This document shows positions 51,247 to 64,000 of a stretch of DNA of 64,000 bases, piece by piece. The number at the start of each line of letters is the position of its first letter. The stretch's first letter is position 1. The DNA lies in the NCBI RefSeq assembly GCF_001194135.2, contig NC_068997.1, positions 56,437,578 to 56,501,577 of the forward strand. The letters are read 5' to 3'. Source of the stretch: Octopus bimaculoides. Lineage: Eukaryota. The notes beneath the pieces were generated by a model. The model was not told the origin of the DNA, ran no database searches, and saw nothing but the letters and a program-made list of their open reading frames with translations. The translations under genes and the position numbers were made by a program.

Positions 51247-51309
51247 CTTCTCTTTATAAATGTTCTGAAATCTTTCACAGCCTTGGATTTTTTTAATCTT
51301 ATTTTGGTA

Positions 51310-51539
51310 ATTTATATATATATATACATATAAAGATGCAGCACGGAATTTTGTCAGTGAACAGGTCACAGGTTCAAAGCTACAAAAATATTTTGGTAAA
51401 TTAAATTTAAGTGTTAAAGTGAATCTAACAGTTTTTGTGTGTTTCTTAAATGACTTATAAACACCTTCCATGCTGCAATTGTTTTCGTTCCAGCACACGA
51501 TCTCAGATCAGGTCACTTGCTATGCAAGTACATCTCTGT

Positions 51540-51540
<1 letters not shown>
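51310..51540 (+). mobile_element. Repeat family E (single-arm copy) directly downstream of the family-4 HHR
   Basis: AAGTGAATCTAACAG...CACCTTCCATGCTGCAATTG...GATCTCAGATCAGGTCACTTGCTATGCAAGTACATCTC matches 28973-29090. Confidence 0.8.
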
Positions 51541-51623
<83 letters not shown>

Positions 51624-52227
51624 TACATACATATATATATTTATTTATACAAACATGCATACGTACATATATATATGTGTGTGTATATACATACATATAA
51701 TACATACATACATATATATATAGAGAGAGAGAGACAGATAGATAGACAGTCTATCTATCTTTCTATCTATCTATGAATATGTATATAATATGTTCTTCAA
51801 GTAACATTTCTATCCATTTCTATATATATTTGTTTTGTCTTCCCTGTATTTCTCGTTGATTATCGTCTTTCAGACTTCATTTCTTCATAGATTTAAATCT
51901 GATTAACTATCTTATACAATTCTTCTATGCATGTAGCAGCTTCATTAACCCTTTTGATACATTCATATGATAATGTGGAATCGTTACCTCCATACACTTT
52001 CTCCTCCTCCTCACCATAACATTACTGATCTAACATATAGTAATGTATATATATATATATATTTATTTATATATATATATATATACACACACACTAATAT
52101 AAATATACTAATATACAGAGTGGAACATGCACTAATCACACCCTTCATATTTACTCAAATCTACCTTTCTATTTATATGTCTATATATAAATATATATAC
52201 ACAATTATCATCATCATCATCATCGTT

Positions 52228-52300
52228 TAACGTCTGCTTAACATGCTGGCATGGGTTGGATGGTTTGACTGAGGGCTGGTGAGCCAGAAGGCTGCCCCAG
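52228..52300 (-). mobile_element. SINE family A 3' fragment
   Basis: CATCATCGTTTAACGTC...CATGGGTTGGA.GGTTTGACTGAGG. Confidence 0.75.
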
Positions 52301-53269
52301 GCACACATGTGTATGTGTGTGAGTGTGTGTGTATCCAGCTATACAATACACCTTAATTCTAAAGAAGGTTCTGAAAGTAAAATATATTTGCTGGTTTGTC
52401 TATAATTACAGAACTGGTGCTGTAGAATCATACTATACATGTACAACAAATAACAAGGAACTGTGTGTATACACAGAATTCTTTCTATGTACATAGTTGA
52501 ATCCCTCCTCTGATGTGTCTGTCAAGCCTACAACTGTTCTTCCTTTCTCTTTCTCTGCTCAGACAACTGGTTCCTTCCCTTAACTCCTTCTAATTGACAT
52601 CTGCCCTTCTTTCTTGCCCTTATCAACCTCTCCCAACTCATAATTTACCATCAACCACACCCTTCCTCATTTTATTCATCTCTCACTTCTCCCCGCTCTT
52701 CCTTTCCCCATTACTTCTCTCCCTCTGTTTCTCTCCTGTCTATGGTATTATTATTCTCATGTATTTCTGTACTGCCAGTCATCGTTCACTCTCTACTGAA
52801 GTAATTCCATTTGACACGAATCCTTTATTTTATGCTCACGCCCCATTTATATTTATCATTGGCTTCCTGTAATTCCGTTTACCATTCATTCACAACATCC
52901 ACCAGCCCTTAGACATCTAACCAATTCCACTCTGTTTTCATATCCATCTTGCATTCTTCCCTATCCTACTCTAGCATCCTTATCCATACTTTCTGATTTC
53001 TCTGTTTTTATTTTCTCTTCTTTATTCCTTTCTTGGATGTGTTACTCTCAAGGTACACTGTGGTCTCATCTAATCACTATATTTATCTCACTTTCTGGCA
53101 CCACCCATAAAATGCAGGGAAGCCATGAACTTTCTCCTCCACAAAAAACCAGTTCCTGTCACCCCCCCCCCATCATACATTAACCTCTCAACACTGTATA
53201 TAGTGACCCCTTCTCCTATGCTTTATCTTAGTCGAGAGATGCTTGTTAGTCTTGCAAAATGGTATCACT

Positions 53270-53460
53270 AGTGCTGAAGCGGCAAAAAAGAGCATGCAGT
53301 GTCTTCTGTAAAGTGGCTGGTGTTAGGAAGGTCATCCAGCGATAGAAGCCATGGCAAAGCTGAGACACTGATGCTGGATGTGGTCATCCAACCTGTTGGA
53401 CCATGTCAAGATGACCAACTCAGGCCAGCATGGAAAGCTGACATAAAATAAGGAAGATGA
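53270..53460 (+). mobile_element. SINE family A (decayed)
   Basis: GGTGTTAGGAAGGTCATCCAGC...CAGCATGGAAAGC. Confidence 0.65.
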
Positions 53461-54234
53461 TTTGAATGTGTATATATGTATACACCTGTATTTGATTGGG
53501 TACATGTACATGTATGGATGTATATTTTTATAGGATATTAAAATGTATGTATGTGTAACTACAAAAGAGATGAATTGTTCATATGTATATGCGTGAATTC
53601 ATATGCAAGTTTAGCGAGTCAGTGTGTGTGTGTATGTCTCAGTATGTGAATTAATGTGTGTGTAACTGTGTTACTGATTATATGGTAATGCATGTGTGCG
53701 TAAATGTGTAAGCATATATATATAAATTTACACTAGTGTGTGTGTGTGTGTGTGTGCATAGTTTGTTAAAAGCACAAATTCAGTGTTGGAGAGTGTAAGA
53801 TGTTTAAAGCTGAGACAGTATTCCTTCTTCCTAATTATTCGTTAATTTAATGGAAATTGGTAATGAACATTCCTAAGTTTTCCTCTCTCAATGGTAAAGA
53901 AAGTTTGGTTAGACTTCCGGCTCTTTCTATAGACTCCAGGAAATGAAATGAAGAAGCAACATTTATTCTTCTTCAAGAAAAGGTTCTTTAGATGGAAAGA
54001 AGTCACTGTTGTTGTTATAGTTGTTGTTTGTGGTGGTGGTGGAGAAGCTGCTATGATCATTGATGTTGTTGTTGTCTTCGTCATTCTTGTCTGCTTTGCC
54101 CCTGGTCAAAATCTTATCAACCTGATCAATAATCAAAGACATTCCAGAACATGGATATCTCCACTTTTTTTTCTTTCTTTCACAATCAGTGTATCTAGAA
54201 GTATTCATAAAATTGAACTTTCATTTCAACATAT

Positions 54235-54507
54235 CTATCATCTGCCTAACTAACTCTCTCTCTATCTATCTATCTATCTCTCTATTTACCTGTATCTATA
54301 TCCAGATCTATCTATCACTATTTCATTATCTATCTATTTGTTTGTCTATCTATCTATCTATCTATCTATCTGTCTGTCTGTCTGTCTGTCTATCCATCTA
54401 TCTATCCATCGATCCGTCTATCTATCTATCTGTCTGTCTGCCTGTCTGTCTGTCTGCCTATCTATCTATCTCTCTATCTATCTCTCTGTCTGTCTGTCTA
54501 TCTATCC

Positions 54508-54539
<32 letters not shown>

Positions 54540-54705
54540 GTCTCTCACTCTGTCTGTCTATCTATCCATCTATCTATCTATCTATCTATCTATCTGTCTC
54601 TCACTCTGTCCACCTATGTCTGTCTGTCTATCCATCTATCTGTCTTTCTACACATCTATCTATCTATCTATCTTTCTACCCATCTATCTATCTATCTATA
54701 TGCAT
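54235..54705. repeat. Long (ATCT)n/(GTCT)n compound tetranucleotide array
   Basis: Directly visible; the source of the 202-aa and 178-aa spurious ORFs. Confidence 0.95.
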
Positions 54706-55351
54706 GCATGCATGCAAATCTGTATATATGTGTGAGGATATCATCTTGCTTCTCCACCTCACACCCTCTTTTTCTCTCCTCATACTTCTCCAAATAGTTT
54801 TTTGTTGTCTTTCTCATCATCATCATCATCTTACATGTACTTTTCATTCTGCCAAGTGTTGGATGGATCTTTAAGGTTCAAGTCAGTTCTTATTCACAAC
54901 ACTAGTTGTTGTCCTTTTTCTTCTTCTTCTTCTTCCTCCACCTCATCATCATCATCATCATCATCATCATTTTATACAAAATCTATCTTCCAAGCTTCTC
55001 TTTAATACCTACAAATTACATCAACCAAAGAACTTGACTGTCTTTCATCAAAGATAAATTTAATAAATATTAGATTATTTCTATATTATTTCTCAAACCT
55101 TTTGGAGCCCATTTCAAGAATATTTGGCGACAGAATTTTGAAAATAGGTAAACAAAACAAAAACAAACAAACATAAAAAGGCTTTTTAATATGCAGATTT
55201 ATTACACGTGTGTGTGTGATTGTGTGATTGCATGATTGCATAAAAATGCATACATATATATATGTAGATGTGTGTACGACCGTATATATATATACATACA
55301 TACATTTATATATATGTATATATATATATATATCTATACACATGTATACAC

Positions 55352-55399
<48 letters not shown>

Positions 55400-55519
55400 N
55401 NNNNNNNNNNNNNNNNNNNNNNNNNNNNNNNNNNNNNNNNNNNNNNNNNNNNNNNNNNNNNNNNNNNNNNNNNNNNNNNNNNNNNNNNNNNNNNNNNNNN
55501 NNNNNNNNNNNNNNNNNNN

Positions 55520-55563
<44 letters not shown>

Positions 55564-55658
55564 GTATATATATATATATATATATATACACATGTATATA
55601 TATATATATGAATCTAAATCTTTTACTGAACTCACCTACCAAACCCGAGTATATGTAC

Positions 55659-55695
<37 letters not shown>

Positions 55696-56399
55696 CATGC
55701 ATATACATACATCTATATACATATATGTATATATATATACATCTATATATACATACATGCATATACATACATCTATATATATATATGTATATATATATAC
55801 ATCTATATATATATGTATATATATATACATATGTATATATATACAAGTATATATAAATGTTATATTTTGTCAAGTTTAATTTCTGTATAACCCTGAGGTT
55901 TTTATCCTCAAATTGTTAAAAAGAATTTAATCTTTATAGATATTTTCTTGCAAAAATTTATTGAATTACATAAACAGAGAATCCAGAATATCTTCTTCAC
56001 TTCTTAAAATTTCCATAAAATAATCTTCTGTGATAAAACTTTTTCATGTTTTTTAACTTTTCTATTTTTCGTTTTATTTGATCATTTTCTGTTGTAATGA
56101 ATATCATTTCTGAAACTGAGTCGCATCTTTATGATTTCACTTGATGAATTTAAAAGATAACTTGAGATAATTTCATGTGCAGGAAAAAAAAGCATAGTAT
56201 TTCTGTTCTTGCCAAATAGGCTGTGTTGAAGTTCAGGATTGCACTGAGAATTGAACCCTCTCAGTTGATGTTGCTATTGGGTATGTGAGCCTGACACTCT
56301 CACCTTCACATTATTGTTATTGAGGGTTGATATAATACATGTATTTATTTCTTAACCTTTCATGGATTAGTCTGCTGAGTGTTAACTGGTTCTGCATCA

Positions 56400-56690
56400 T
56401 TTACAACAACAAATGTTCCAATTGATTTGATCCATGGAACAGCCTGCTCATGAAATTAGCATTCAAGTGGTTGAGTGTTCCACACTCCCCTTCACATAGT
56501 TCCCAGACAGATTCAGTGTGACACAATGTGACAAGCTGGCCCTTTTGAATTACAGGTACAACTTGATTTTGCCAGCTGAGTGGACTGGAGCAACATGAAA
56601 AAGAGTGTCTTGCTCAAGGACACAATGTACCAGCAGGTATTGAACTGACGACCTTACACTCACAAAGGTGAACATGCTAACAACTAAGCC
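56400..56690 (-). mobile_element. tRNA-derived SINE family F
   Basis: GTGTCTTGCTCAAGGACACAA...ATTGAACT...CTAAGCCA is the reverse-complemented head; homologous to 11885-12100. Confidence 0.75.
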
Positions 56691-56934
56691 ATGTACTTTG
56701 TCCTGTCAAGTGTAATGATTATTCATTCAGACTGTCTTGAAATTGTTATGCTTTATCTTTGACATTTTGATGATAGAATTATTTATTTGTATAATGGTAT
56801 TGTAAGTTTGGTGTGAGAGGCTGGATCTGACCTGTCTGAACATAAAGCATGGTGGAGTATATGAAGTGGATGCAGCCAGTTTAATTTCCTGTTGTTTTCT
56901 TCACTTCTTCATTATTGATAAAAATAATCAGCAG

Positions 56935-57166
56935 AAACTATGGCAGAAATGTTAGCGCGCTCGGAGAAAGGCTTAGCAGTATTTCATCTGTCGTTAGGTT
57001 CTGAGTTCAAATTCCGCTGAGGTCGACTTTGCCTTTCATCCTTTCGGGGTCGATAAATTAAGTATCAGTTAAGCACTGGGGTCGATGTAACTTACTTAAT
57101 CCCTTTGTCTATCCTTATTTGTCCCCTCTATGTTTATCCCCCTGTGGGCAATAAAGAAATAAGAAA
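56935..57166 (+). mobile_element. Near full-length CORE-type tRNA-SINE (octopus OR-like)
   Basis: B-box GTTCAAATTCC (57005-57015), GTCGACTTTGCCTTTCATCCTTTCGGGGTCGATAAATTAAG core, AATAAAGAAATAAGAAA end. Confidence 0.85.
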
Positions 57167-57746
57167 CTATGTTTTGAGGTCAGTTCCTTTAACCCGATGC
57201 CTACTATTCCCATCTTTCAGAAACTATTTTATATGGCACTTATATACTTCTGAGAGAAACCATTATTTACATGAAGAAACATTCATGTTTGCATAGGAAA
57301 GAATCAAGCATTTGTCAAATGTGTGGTTGTAGTGGTGGGCGAGGATGGAGCAAGAATTGCATGATATATCTCTTAAATCTAATAATTCTTTGAATTAACT
57401 GCTGTTTATATGTTTACCATTTATTTATTGCTACCGCTCTGCTTTTGTTTCTGACCAAACTGAAAGATTCCGTCCTTCATTGCTGGATTATTTCCGGTCA
57501 TTACCAATTGGTCGTTTCACTGCTTTCACCATGGTAATTGAGATCAGAAATTCGTTTCAAAGTCTTGCAGTGTTCTTTATTTCAATTCAGTCATCTTAAA
57601 TAATTCCTGAAAGAAAACTGAAGAAGATAAAGAAAAACAGGGTTAAAAGTCAATCACTAAATATAATTAAAATACAGGATTTTTAACTGCCATTAAAGAT
57701 TGCCAAAAGAAATTTTCCTCTAACAACATTTTCTGCTCTGTTCCAG

Positions 57747-57759
57747 CAATACAATAATG
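57747..57759 (+). other. Candidate 13-nt exon ending in ATG
   Basis: TTTTCTGCTCTGTTCCAG | CAATACAATAATG | GTAAGT. Confidence 0.18.
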
Positions 57760-58119
57760 GTAAGTTCCAAATGAAATCGTAATACTTCATTAATCACAAG
57801 CACACACAAACACACACACACATTCATATCAAAGTATGCATACACTAACATTCACCTATATGTGTAATGCACATATGCACACGTACATGTATGTGAGTGT
57901 ATGTATATGTATATATGTATAGTTACACACAGATATCTGTTAATCTAGTTATCTCTCTGTTTCTTTCTCTCTATTTATCTGTCTATCTCTATATAAATAC
58001 ATGCATGCACCAAAGAAATCAGTGGAATGAGGTGGTGAACGGATATGACGCAGAATCAGGACGAATTTATGGCTTCATGGTTCAAATCTCTCACCAGTCT
58101 TTTATGATTTGAAAGGCCA

Positions 58120-59480
58120 GAGCACATTAATATTCTATTGTCCCAAATCATGGTTTCCAAAGATTTTGGTGCTAAATATTGGAATGGATAATAATTACAT
58201 GGGAATCACTTACCGTCAGAAATATGTCAATCAAATTGTTTTGTTTGTTGCAGGGCCTGTTACTTCTAAATATTTATATCTTACACTGATTTCACAAGTA
58301 TAAACCGGTTGTTTAACATCTATTGGTCAGTTGTGTCATTCTCTTAGTGACCACCGATATTGACCTTCTTCCTTCAACTTTTCAGGTATGTAAATGGCTG
58401 CAAGTAGAAATGCAAACGTCAGTGTCAACGTAAAGAGGAACATGTGAGGAGGAGGTTTTGGATGAAGTTTGAAGCAGAGGAATATCACATAAGTGTCTTT
58501 TTTGTGCAATGGAAAATATGGATTTAATAAAAGCTGGATTAGTTCCAACAAAGAAGACAGTTTACGAAGTAACAAAACAAACGATGTTGTAGTAATTTGT
58601 ATTGTTATTTGTAGAATAATGAAGGCAGAGGTTCAGTGTCTTTGAATCAGGATGCAGAGAATTAAATTCTACATTGTATCCCAGGTAACGAATGGAGATT
58701 TGATGGAAGAGAAGATATTTGTCATTGTTGATTCTCAAAGAGATGAAATAAATCAAGCCAAGTTCTTGTGGTGTTCCTCATTTTGTCAATGACAATAACT
58801 TCAACTAGAGGCATGGACGCCTTTGATGTCATTCTTGGTAATTCTACTGTTCAACACACTTTGAAAATCGCTTACAGCATTAGTCACACCAAAGGGTAAC
58901 AACATTATGAAGAATGAACATCCATCAATGTCTATTATCTTGACTGGGAAGAGGAATCTGATGGTAGACTGGTTCCATATCTAAATTGTTGAAGAATCTA
59001 TTGTAGGAAATAGAACTTATGAGATTTTCAATTTCCCAAAATGAATAGACATCTAGAAAGTAGCAGAGATTAATCATTTTGTGAAGAGCTGATCAAATGG
59101 TGTTTTTGTGGCAACCATGGGGAGACTGGAGGCTCAAAAATCTCACACCTATGAATCCCTTTCTTAATAAACATTTCATGAAATGAAGGAAAGCATGAGA
59201 TTTACTAGGAATTGGTCTTAAATCCTTGTTAAATAGGATACAAGGGAACCCATAGCAATGAACATTAGAATTACTGGAAGAAAAGCAATCAGCTGCTTTA
59301 GTGATTCTTCAGATTTAAATCTGAAACAGTTGTGTCATTTATGTCATTTCACAGGAACGAAAAATGCTTAACATTCCTGCACCAAATGTTTGAAACAGAG
59401 AGATAATTGCAAACGAATCAGTTTAGATTGTATCGTAGGATCCATTGAATGAAGTTGTTAAAAAGTTGGGATAATGTGAT
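58120..59480 (-). mobile_element. Ty3/Gypsy pol remnant (RT plus connection), multiply disabled
   Basis: IFEPPVSPW, INLCYFLDVY..EIENLI, FNNLDMEPVYHQIPL, LPFGVTNAVSDFQ, IRYLGY..NSLHPDS and EKLKEEGQYRW occur in colinear order; the YxDD motif is destroyed. Confidence 0.85.
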
Positions 59481-60229
59481 TTCTGGTGTGGAGTTTAGCA
59501 AACATGTATAATAGATATTTGGGAATTGTCTTTGTTAGTGTGGTACAGCAAATAATAGAATCCACACGCACACAACAACAGCAACAAAATGGACTAATAA
59601 TAGAAGCACGTTAAAAATGATAAAAATCAAATTCAAGCAACATTCTGCCCCATTCTTTTATTTGGAATGTTTTAGTTGGTAATCTCAACTTCTACATAAT
59701 TAAATACTCCAAACAATTGCAACTCCAACTCCACACTTTCTTTTTTTTATCAAAAATATTCCTTACGCACTTTCTCCAAATTTTCCTCGTTTTTTATTTT
59801 ACTCTTCCTACAGTCTTGCTGAAGTTTTTTCTTAAAACCTAACGAATTTGACCAGCATGCTGTACTGCTGCGTCTCCCTCTCCCTCCCTATTGTATTCTC
59901 TCTCTCTCTCTCTCTCTCTCTGNNNNNNNNNNNNNNNNNNNNNNNNNNNNNNNNNNNNNNNNNNNNNNNNNNNNNNNNNNNNNNNNNNNNNNNNNNNNNN
60001 NNNNNNNNNNNNNNNNNNNNNNACAGGAAAATATTAATTCACAGAAAGCAAAATTGCCAGGAAGTGCCAGATCTAGCGAAACAATAATCTGTTTATAACA
60101 ATAAATGAAACTCTGACATGTGTATATTCTTCAACATTTTGGCTGTTTGTCTGGGAAATAATAATAATAATAATATCTTAGGAGGGAAATAGAAAGAAAA
60201 AGACGAGTAGTGAAGGGTGAGGTGTGTGA

Positions 60230-60440
60230 ATTGATGTAAACAACATTAAATGGCAAAGTAAAAGAATAGAGCAAAAAAGATTATGTAAACTTAGTGTAGG
60301 AGAGATTGATTCCAGAAAAGCCTTTGATACCATCTTGCACTGCTGGATATTGGAAACACAACTTATAGACAGAACAGATCCAATACTAAGGCATTGAATC
60401 AATGAATTTATGTCAAATTGGTAAAAATCAATAACAATGT
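60230..60440 (+). mobile_element. R4/Dong-clade LINE RT central fragment
   Basis: KLSVGEIDSRKAFDTILHCWILE matches NLS-AWIDYKKAFDSVPHSWILE; preceded by (AAT)n at about 60156-60176. Confidence 0.75.
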
Positions 60441-60597
60441 CAGATAGAAAAAAAGAGATAAACAGCACAACAAATATATAAACAACCCTTTTATTATGAA
60501 GTGGAATTTTCTTATTTTTCAGGAATATTACATTCATCTCCTGGACTTAAGTCAAGTCTACATTCTATTATTCCTGTTCTGGTCCTGCAAGTCTAAG

Positions 60598-60958
60598 CAT
60601 GATCAATGCCAGAGCAGCTGTCTGGCTTCCGTGCCAGTGGCACGTATATAGCACCGTTTGAGCGTGATCGTTACCAGCATCGCTTTACTGGCACTTGTGC
60701 CGGTGGCACATGAAAAAACATTGAAGCGAGGTCGTTGCCAGTGCCCCTGGACTGGCTCCTGTGTAGCTGGCACGTAAAAAACACCATTTTAAGCATGGCC
60801 GTTGCCAGTACTGCCTGACTGGCCCTCGTGCCGGTGGCACGAAAAAGCATCCACTACACTCATTGGAGCCTGGTGCAGCCATCTGGTTCGCCAGTCCTCA
60901 GTCAAATCGTCCAACCCATGCTAGCATCGAAAGTGGACATTAAACGATGATGATGATG
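60598..60958 (+). mobile_element. SINE family A, long copy with internal sub-repeats of about 60 bp (GCCGGTGGCACGTAAAAA..)
   Basis: GTGGCAC..AAAA unit seen 4 times; (GAT)n tail; homologous to 62083-62403. Confidence 0.8.
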
Positions 60959-61013
60959 NNNNNNNNNNGTCAAATCGTCCAACCCATGCTAGCATCGAAA
61001 GTGGACATTAAAC

Positions 61014-61047
<34 letters not shown>

Positions 61048-61878
61048 CACCTATTTTTCATTTAATCTATATATGTGTGAGTGTATATAGATATATACTG
61101 ACACACATGTGCACTTATAAATTTTATAGGAGAATTCAAATTGGTAAGTGGTGGTCTGCATTGGCAAGTTGTGTGTTAAGTGGGAAAAGTTTAAGAGTAA
61201 ATACTGCTTATATATGTAATCCTCGTTTACGTATGTGTACCTTTTGAAATTGGAGAGTCATGCATACCTATATTCTACGTATTAAATATGAGCGATTTTA
61301 TTTACAGAAGATACAAAAACAAGATGGAACATGCAACATAAAAGCAGAAGAGAAGCGAGAACAAAACAAAATTTAATTTTTTAAGATGTAATTAAATATT
61401 TAATTAACGATGTGAGAAATCATATTCAGGAAAAATCTTTCTCTAAAATTAATCATCGTAAAATATATAAATTATTAAAAAACAAGGACTAAAATTACAG
61501 AAAATTTCAATAGATTCATAAATATAAGGAATTATATATATATATATATAACATGACAATGTTATCTTCAAAGTTAGCTTCGCAGAAGCTTTGTACTGGA
61601 AGAAATACGCATACGTCTGTTTATAGAGTGGGAGCAGGCAAGAGGGAATATCTGAATAGATACACTTTTTCAGTCTTCTCTCTTCTCACCTTTTGTTTCT
61701 TCGTGTTTCTTTCTCCTAAAAGCCTTTAGCAAGATGTCTCCCTTACTCTCCTCCCACTCAGTCCTTTTATATCTCCCTCTCACTCATGGTTCTCTCTTCC
61801 TAATAGTTCACCATTGATTTCAACTGGGTGTGTGTTTTTCATGCAACTGAAAAAACTGCATTATTTATGGGATGACAC

Positions 61879-61927
<49 letters not shown>

Positions 61928-61992
61928 NNNNNNNNNNNNNNNNNNNNNNNNNNNNNNNNNNNNNNNNNNNNNNNNNNNNNNNNNNNNNNNNN

Positions 61993-62048
<56 letters not shown>

Positions 62049-62082
62049 AGAGAGAGAGTGAGAGAGAGTGAGAAAGAGAGAG

Positions 62083-62399
62083 CCAGCGTCACCTTACTGA
62101 CACTTGTGCCGGTGGCACGTGAAAAAACATTCGAGCAAGGTCGTTGTCAATGCCGCTCGACTGGTTCCTGTGCAGGTGGCACATAAAAAGTGTGGACATT
62201 GCCAGTACCGCCTGACTGGCCCTTGTGCCGGTGGTACGTAAAAACACCCACTACACTCTCAGAGTGGTAGGCGTTAGGAAGGGCATCCAACTGTAGAAAC
62301 TCTGCTAGATCAGATTAGAGCCTGGTGCAGCCATCTGATTTGCCAGTCCTCAGTCAAATCATCCAACCCATGCTGGCATGGAAAGTGGACGTTAAAGGA

Positions 62400-62403
<4 letters not shown>
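62083..62403 (+). mobile_element. SINE family A, long copy
   Basis: Same sub-repeats plus GGAAGGGCATCCAAC...GGACGTTAAA tail. Confidence 0.85.
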
Positions 62404-62440
<37 letters not shown>

Positions 62441-63109
62441 TTACAAATTAAAAGGGTAAAGGATTATCAATTTATTAATTAAACTCAATTAACAATTAAC
62501 AATTTTTACCAAGCCCATCGGTATGAAAGCACCATTATTGGTGGAGAACTTATTNNNNNNNNNNNNNNNNNNNNNNNNNNNNNNNNNNNNNNNNNNNNNN
62601 NNNNNNNNNNNNNNNNNNNNNNNNTATATATATATATATGAATCAATCAATCTATGTAATTTATTTGAGGTTTTGGCAACAATACTGTGATATTTTTGTA
62701 AATATAATTTTCATTGAAATTTTAGAGTGTTTATCCATTCACTAATAAAATCATAATCACTAAAATTTTGCAACTGATGATGGCACCAGTGTCTATGTGC
62801 TTCCATTACTTTGTGAACCATTATTTTGGGTATGTGATCAGCGCTTTCACAAATTGTGAATTATTTCTTATGTCTTATTATGAAATGTAAGGAGGGATGT
62901 CTTTAGGTACGAAACTTATCAATGTTCTTATATGTCATTTTAACGGATGTGCCCTCCTTTATAATTAATAAAGCTGTCATCATTTTTGATGGTATGCACA
63001 CACCAATATACCCCCCCCCACACATATATATATATATACATGCATAAATATATATATGCGTGTGTGTGTGTATGTATGTATTTATGCATGCGTGTGAGTA
63101 TATATATAT

Positions 63110-63224
63110 GTTTCTTTTTAAGGGGTTCGCTTTGAGAGTTGCATTTCGTCGCATTCGGTAAAAATGTGTTTTTTATAGTAGTCTGACCTTAGAGTCCCTC
63201 ATGGCGTGAGGCGTTATTATATAG
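63110..63224 (+). mobile_element. Helitron-type 3' end (tentative)
   Basis: Hairpin CCTCA-TGGCG-TGAGG (63197-63211) followed by CGTTATTATATAG. Confidence 0.4.
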
Positions 63225-63281
63225 TAATGCCCTTATATAAATATAAATATATATATATGTATATATACGTGTATGTATATA

Positions 63282-63331
<50 letters not shown>

Positions 63332-63619
63332 CACACACATACACATTCATATAGCTAGGTAAATAAATTGTTGCTGAAATAGTTATAATTTATAATGATG
63401 GAGTGATATATGAAAATATCTTTGTTTTCCTTGACAGGTTCATAAGAAAAATTTGTATTCTTGCTTGATACATACAGAACACGCAATGTGAATATGGAAA
63501 GAAACCCCCACTAAAATGATATATAAACTGCTTTTCTCTAAACAGATGTTGCAAATAATTGAGCCACCAATGGTCCTCCATACATCTTTAATCTTTACTA
63601 GTTTGCACACAGTTTGTAA

Positions 63620-63960
63620 ACTTTCTGCCTCTAGTTTCTTCAATGTTATCACTAAATCTGGTTTTAGGTCTTTCATTATTTTACCATATTCTACACCTGT
63701 TAACAGGAAGTTGTCTTCTAAGTATCTGGTTGGTGAAGGTCCATTTTCTTTTCACGATAGTATTTAGCAATCCTTTGTGGCACCTTATCTTATATCCGTC
63801 CAGCTTATTCCAAGAATGCGTCTAAACACCATTGTTCATATGCTTCAATGTTCCTTGTATTAATTTTGCTTCCCTTATAATCCAACCTTCAGAAAACCAT
63901 TGGAGACTATGCTAAATATCATCTACACGTTTATGAAGCGAAATGAAACCCATGGTTTAG
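63620..63960 (-). mobile_element. RTE-clade LINE 3' coding remnant
   Basis: NIEAYEQWC-RRILGISWTD, LLNTIVKRKWTF and ERPKTRFSDNI match RTE IEAFEMWC-RRIL-ISW and GRP--RW-D. Confidence 0.8.
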
Positions 63961-64000
63961 AGTAACATGCACACTACTTACATGAATGCATGTTTAGCCC

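Noticed and set aside
60901-61047. Exact duplication of the SINE tail on both sides of a 10-N gap
   Set aside because: Identical sequence flanking a minimal gap is most likely an unmerged contig overlap, not a real tandem duplication.
62640-63010. Possible minus-strand Penelope RT trace
   Set aside because: The motif resemblance is too weak to call without an HMM search.

Overview
AT-rich eukaryotic genomic DNA, dense in (AT)n/(AC)n/(ATC)n/(AAT)n/(ATCT)n microsatellites, with many N gaps that mostly fall in (AT)n tracts. The repeat content (CORE-type tRNA-SINEs, other SINE families, RTE, R4/Dong, Gypsy and Tc1 relics) looks like an octopus/coleoid cephalopod assembly; this is an inference from recalled repeat families. 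No complete protein-coding gene is supportable. Nearly all listed ORFs are microsatellite artefacts, and the few with recognisable motifs are decayed transposon fragments. A few weak candidate exons exist, the best being a minus-strand intron at 24879-25054. The most interesting signal is six copies, in four otherwise unrelated repeat families, of a minimal type I hammerhead-ribozyme (HHR) motif with a palindromic stem III (dimer-type, Penelope-associated architecture). One family is a tRNA-headed SINE-like element present as a head-to-head palindrome (about 5444-5921). There are also two other long hairpins: a 68-nt near-perfect stem-loop at 32486-32553 and a foldback of about 160 nt at 28881-29043.
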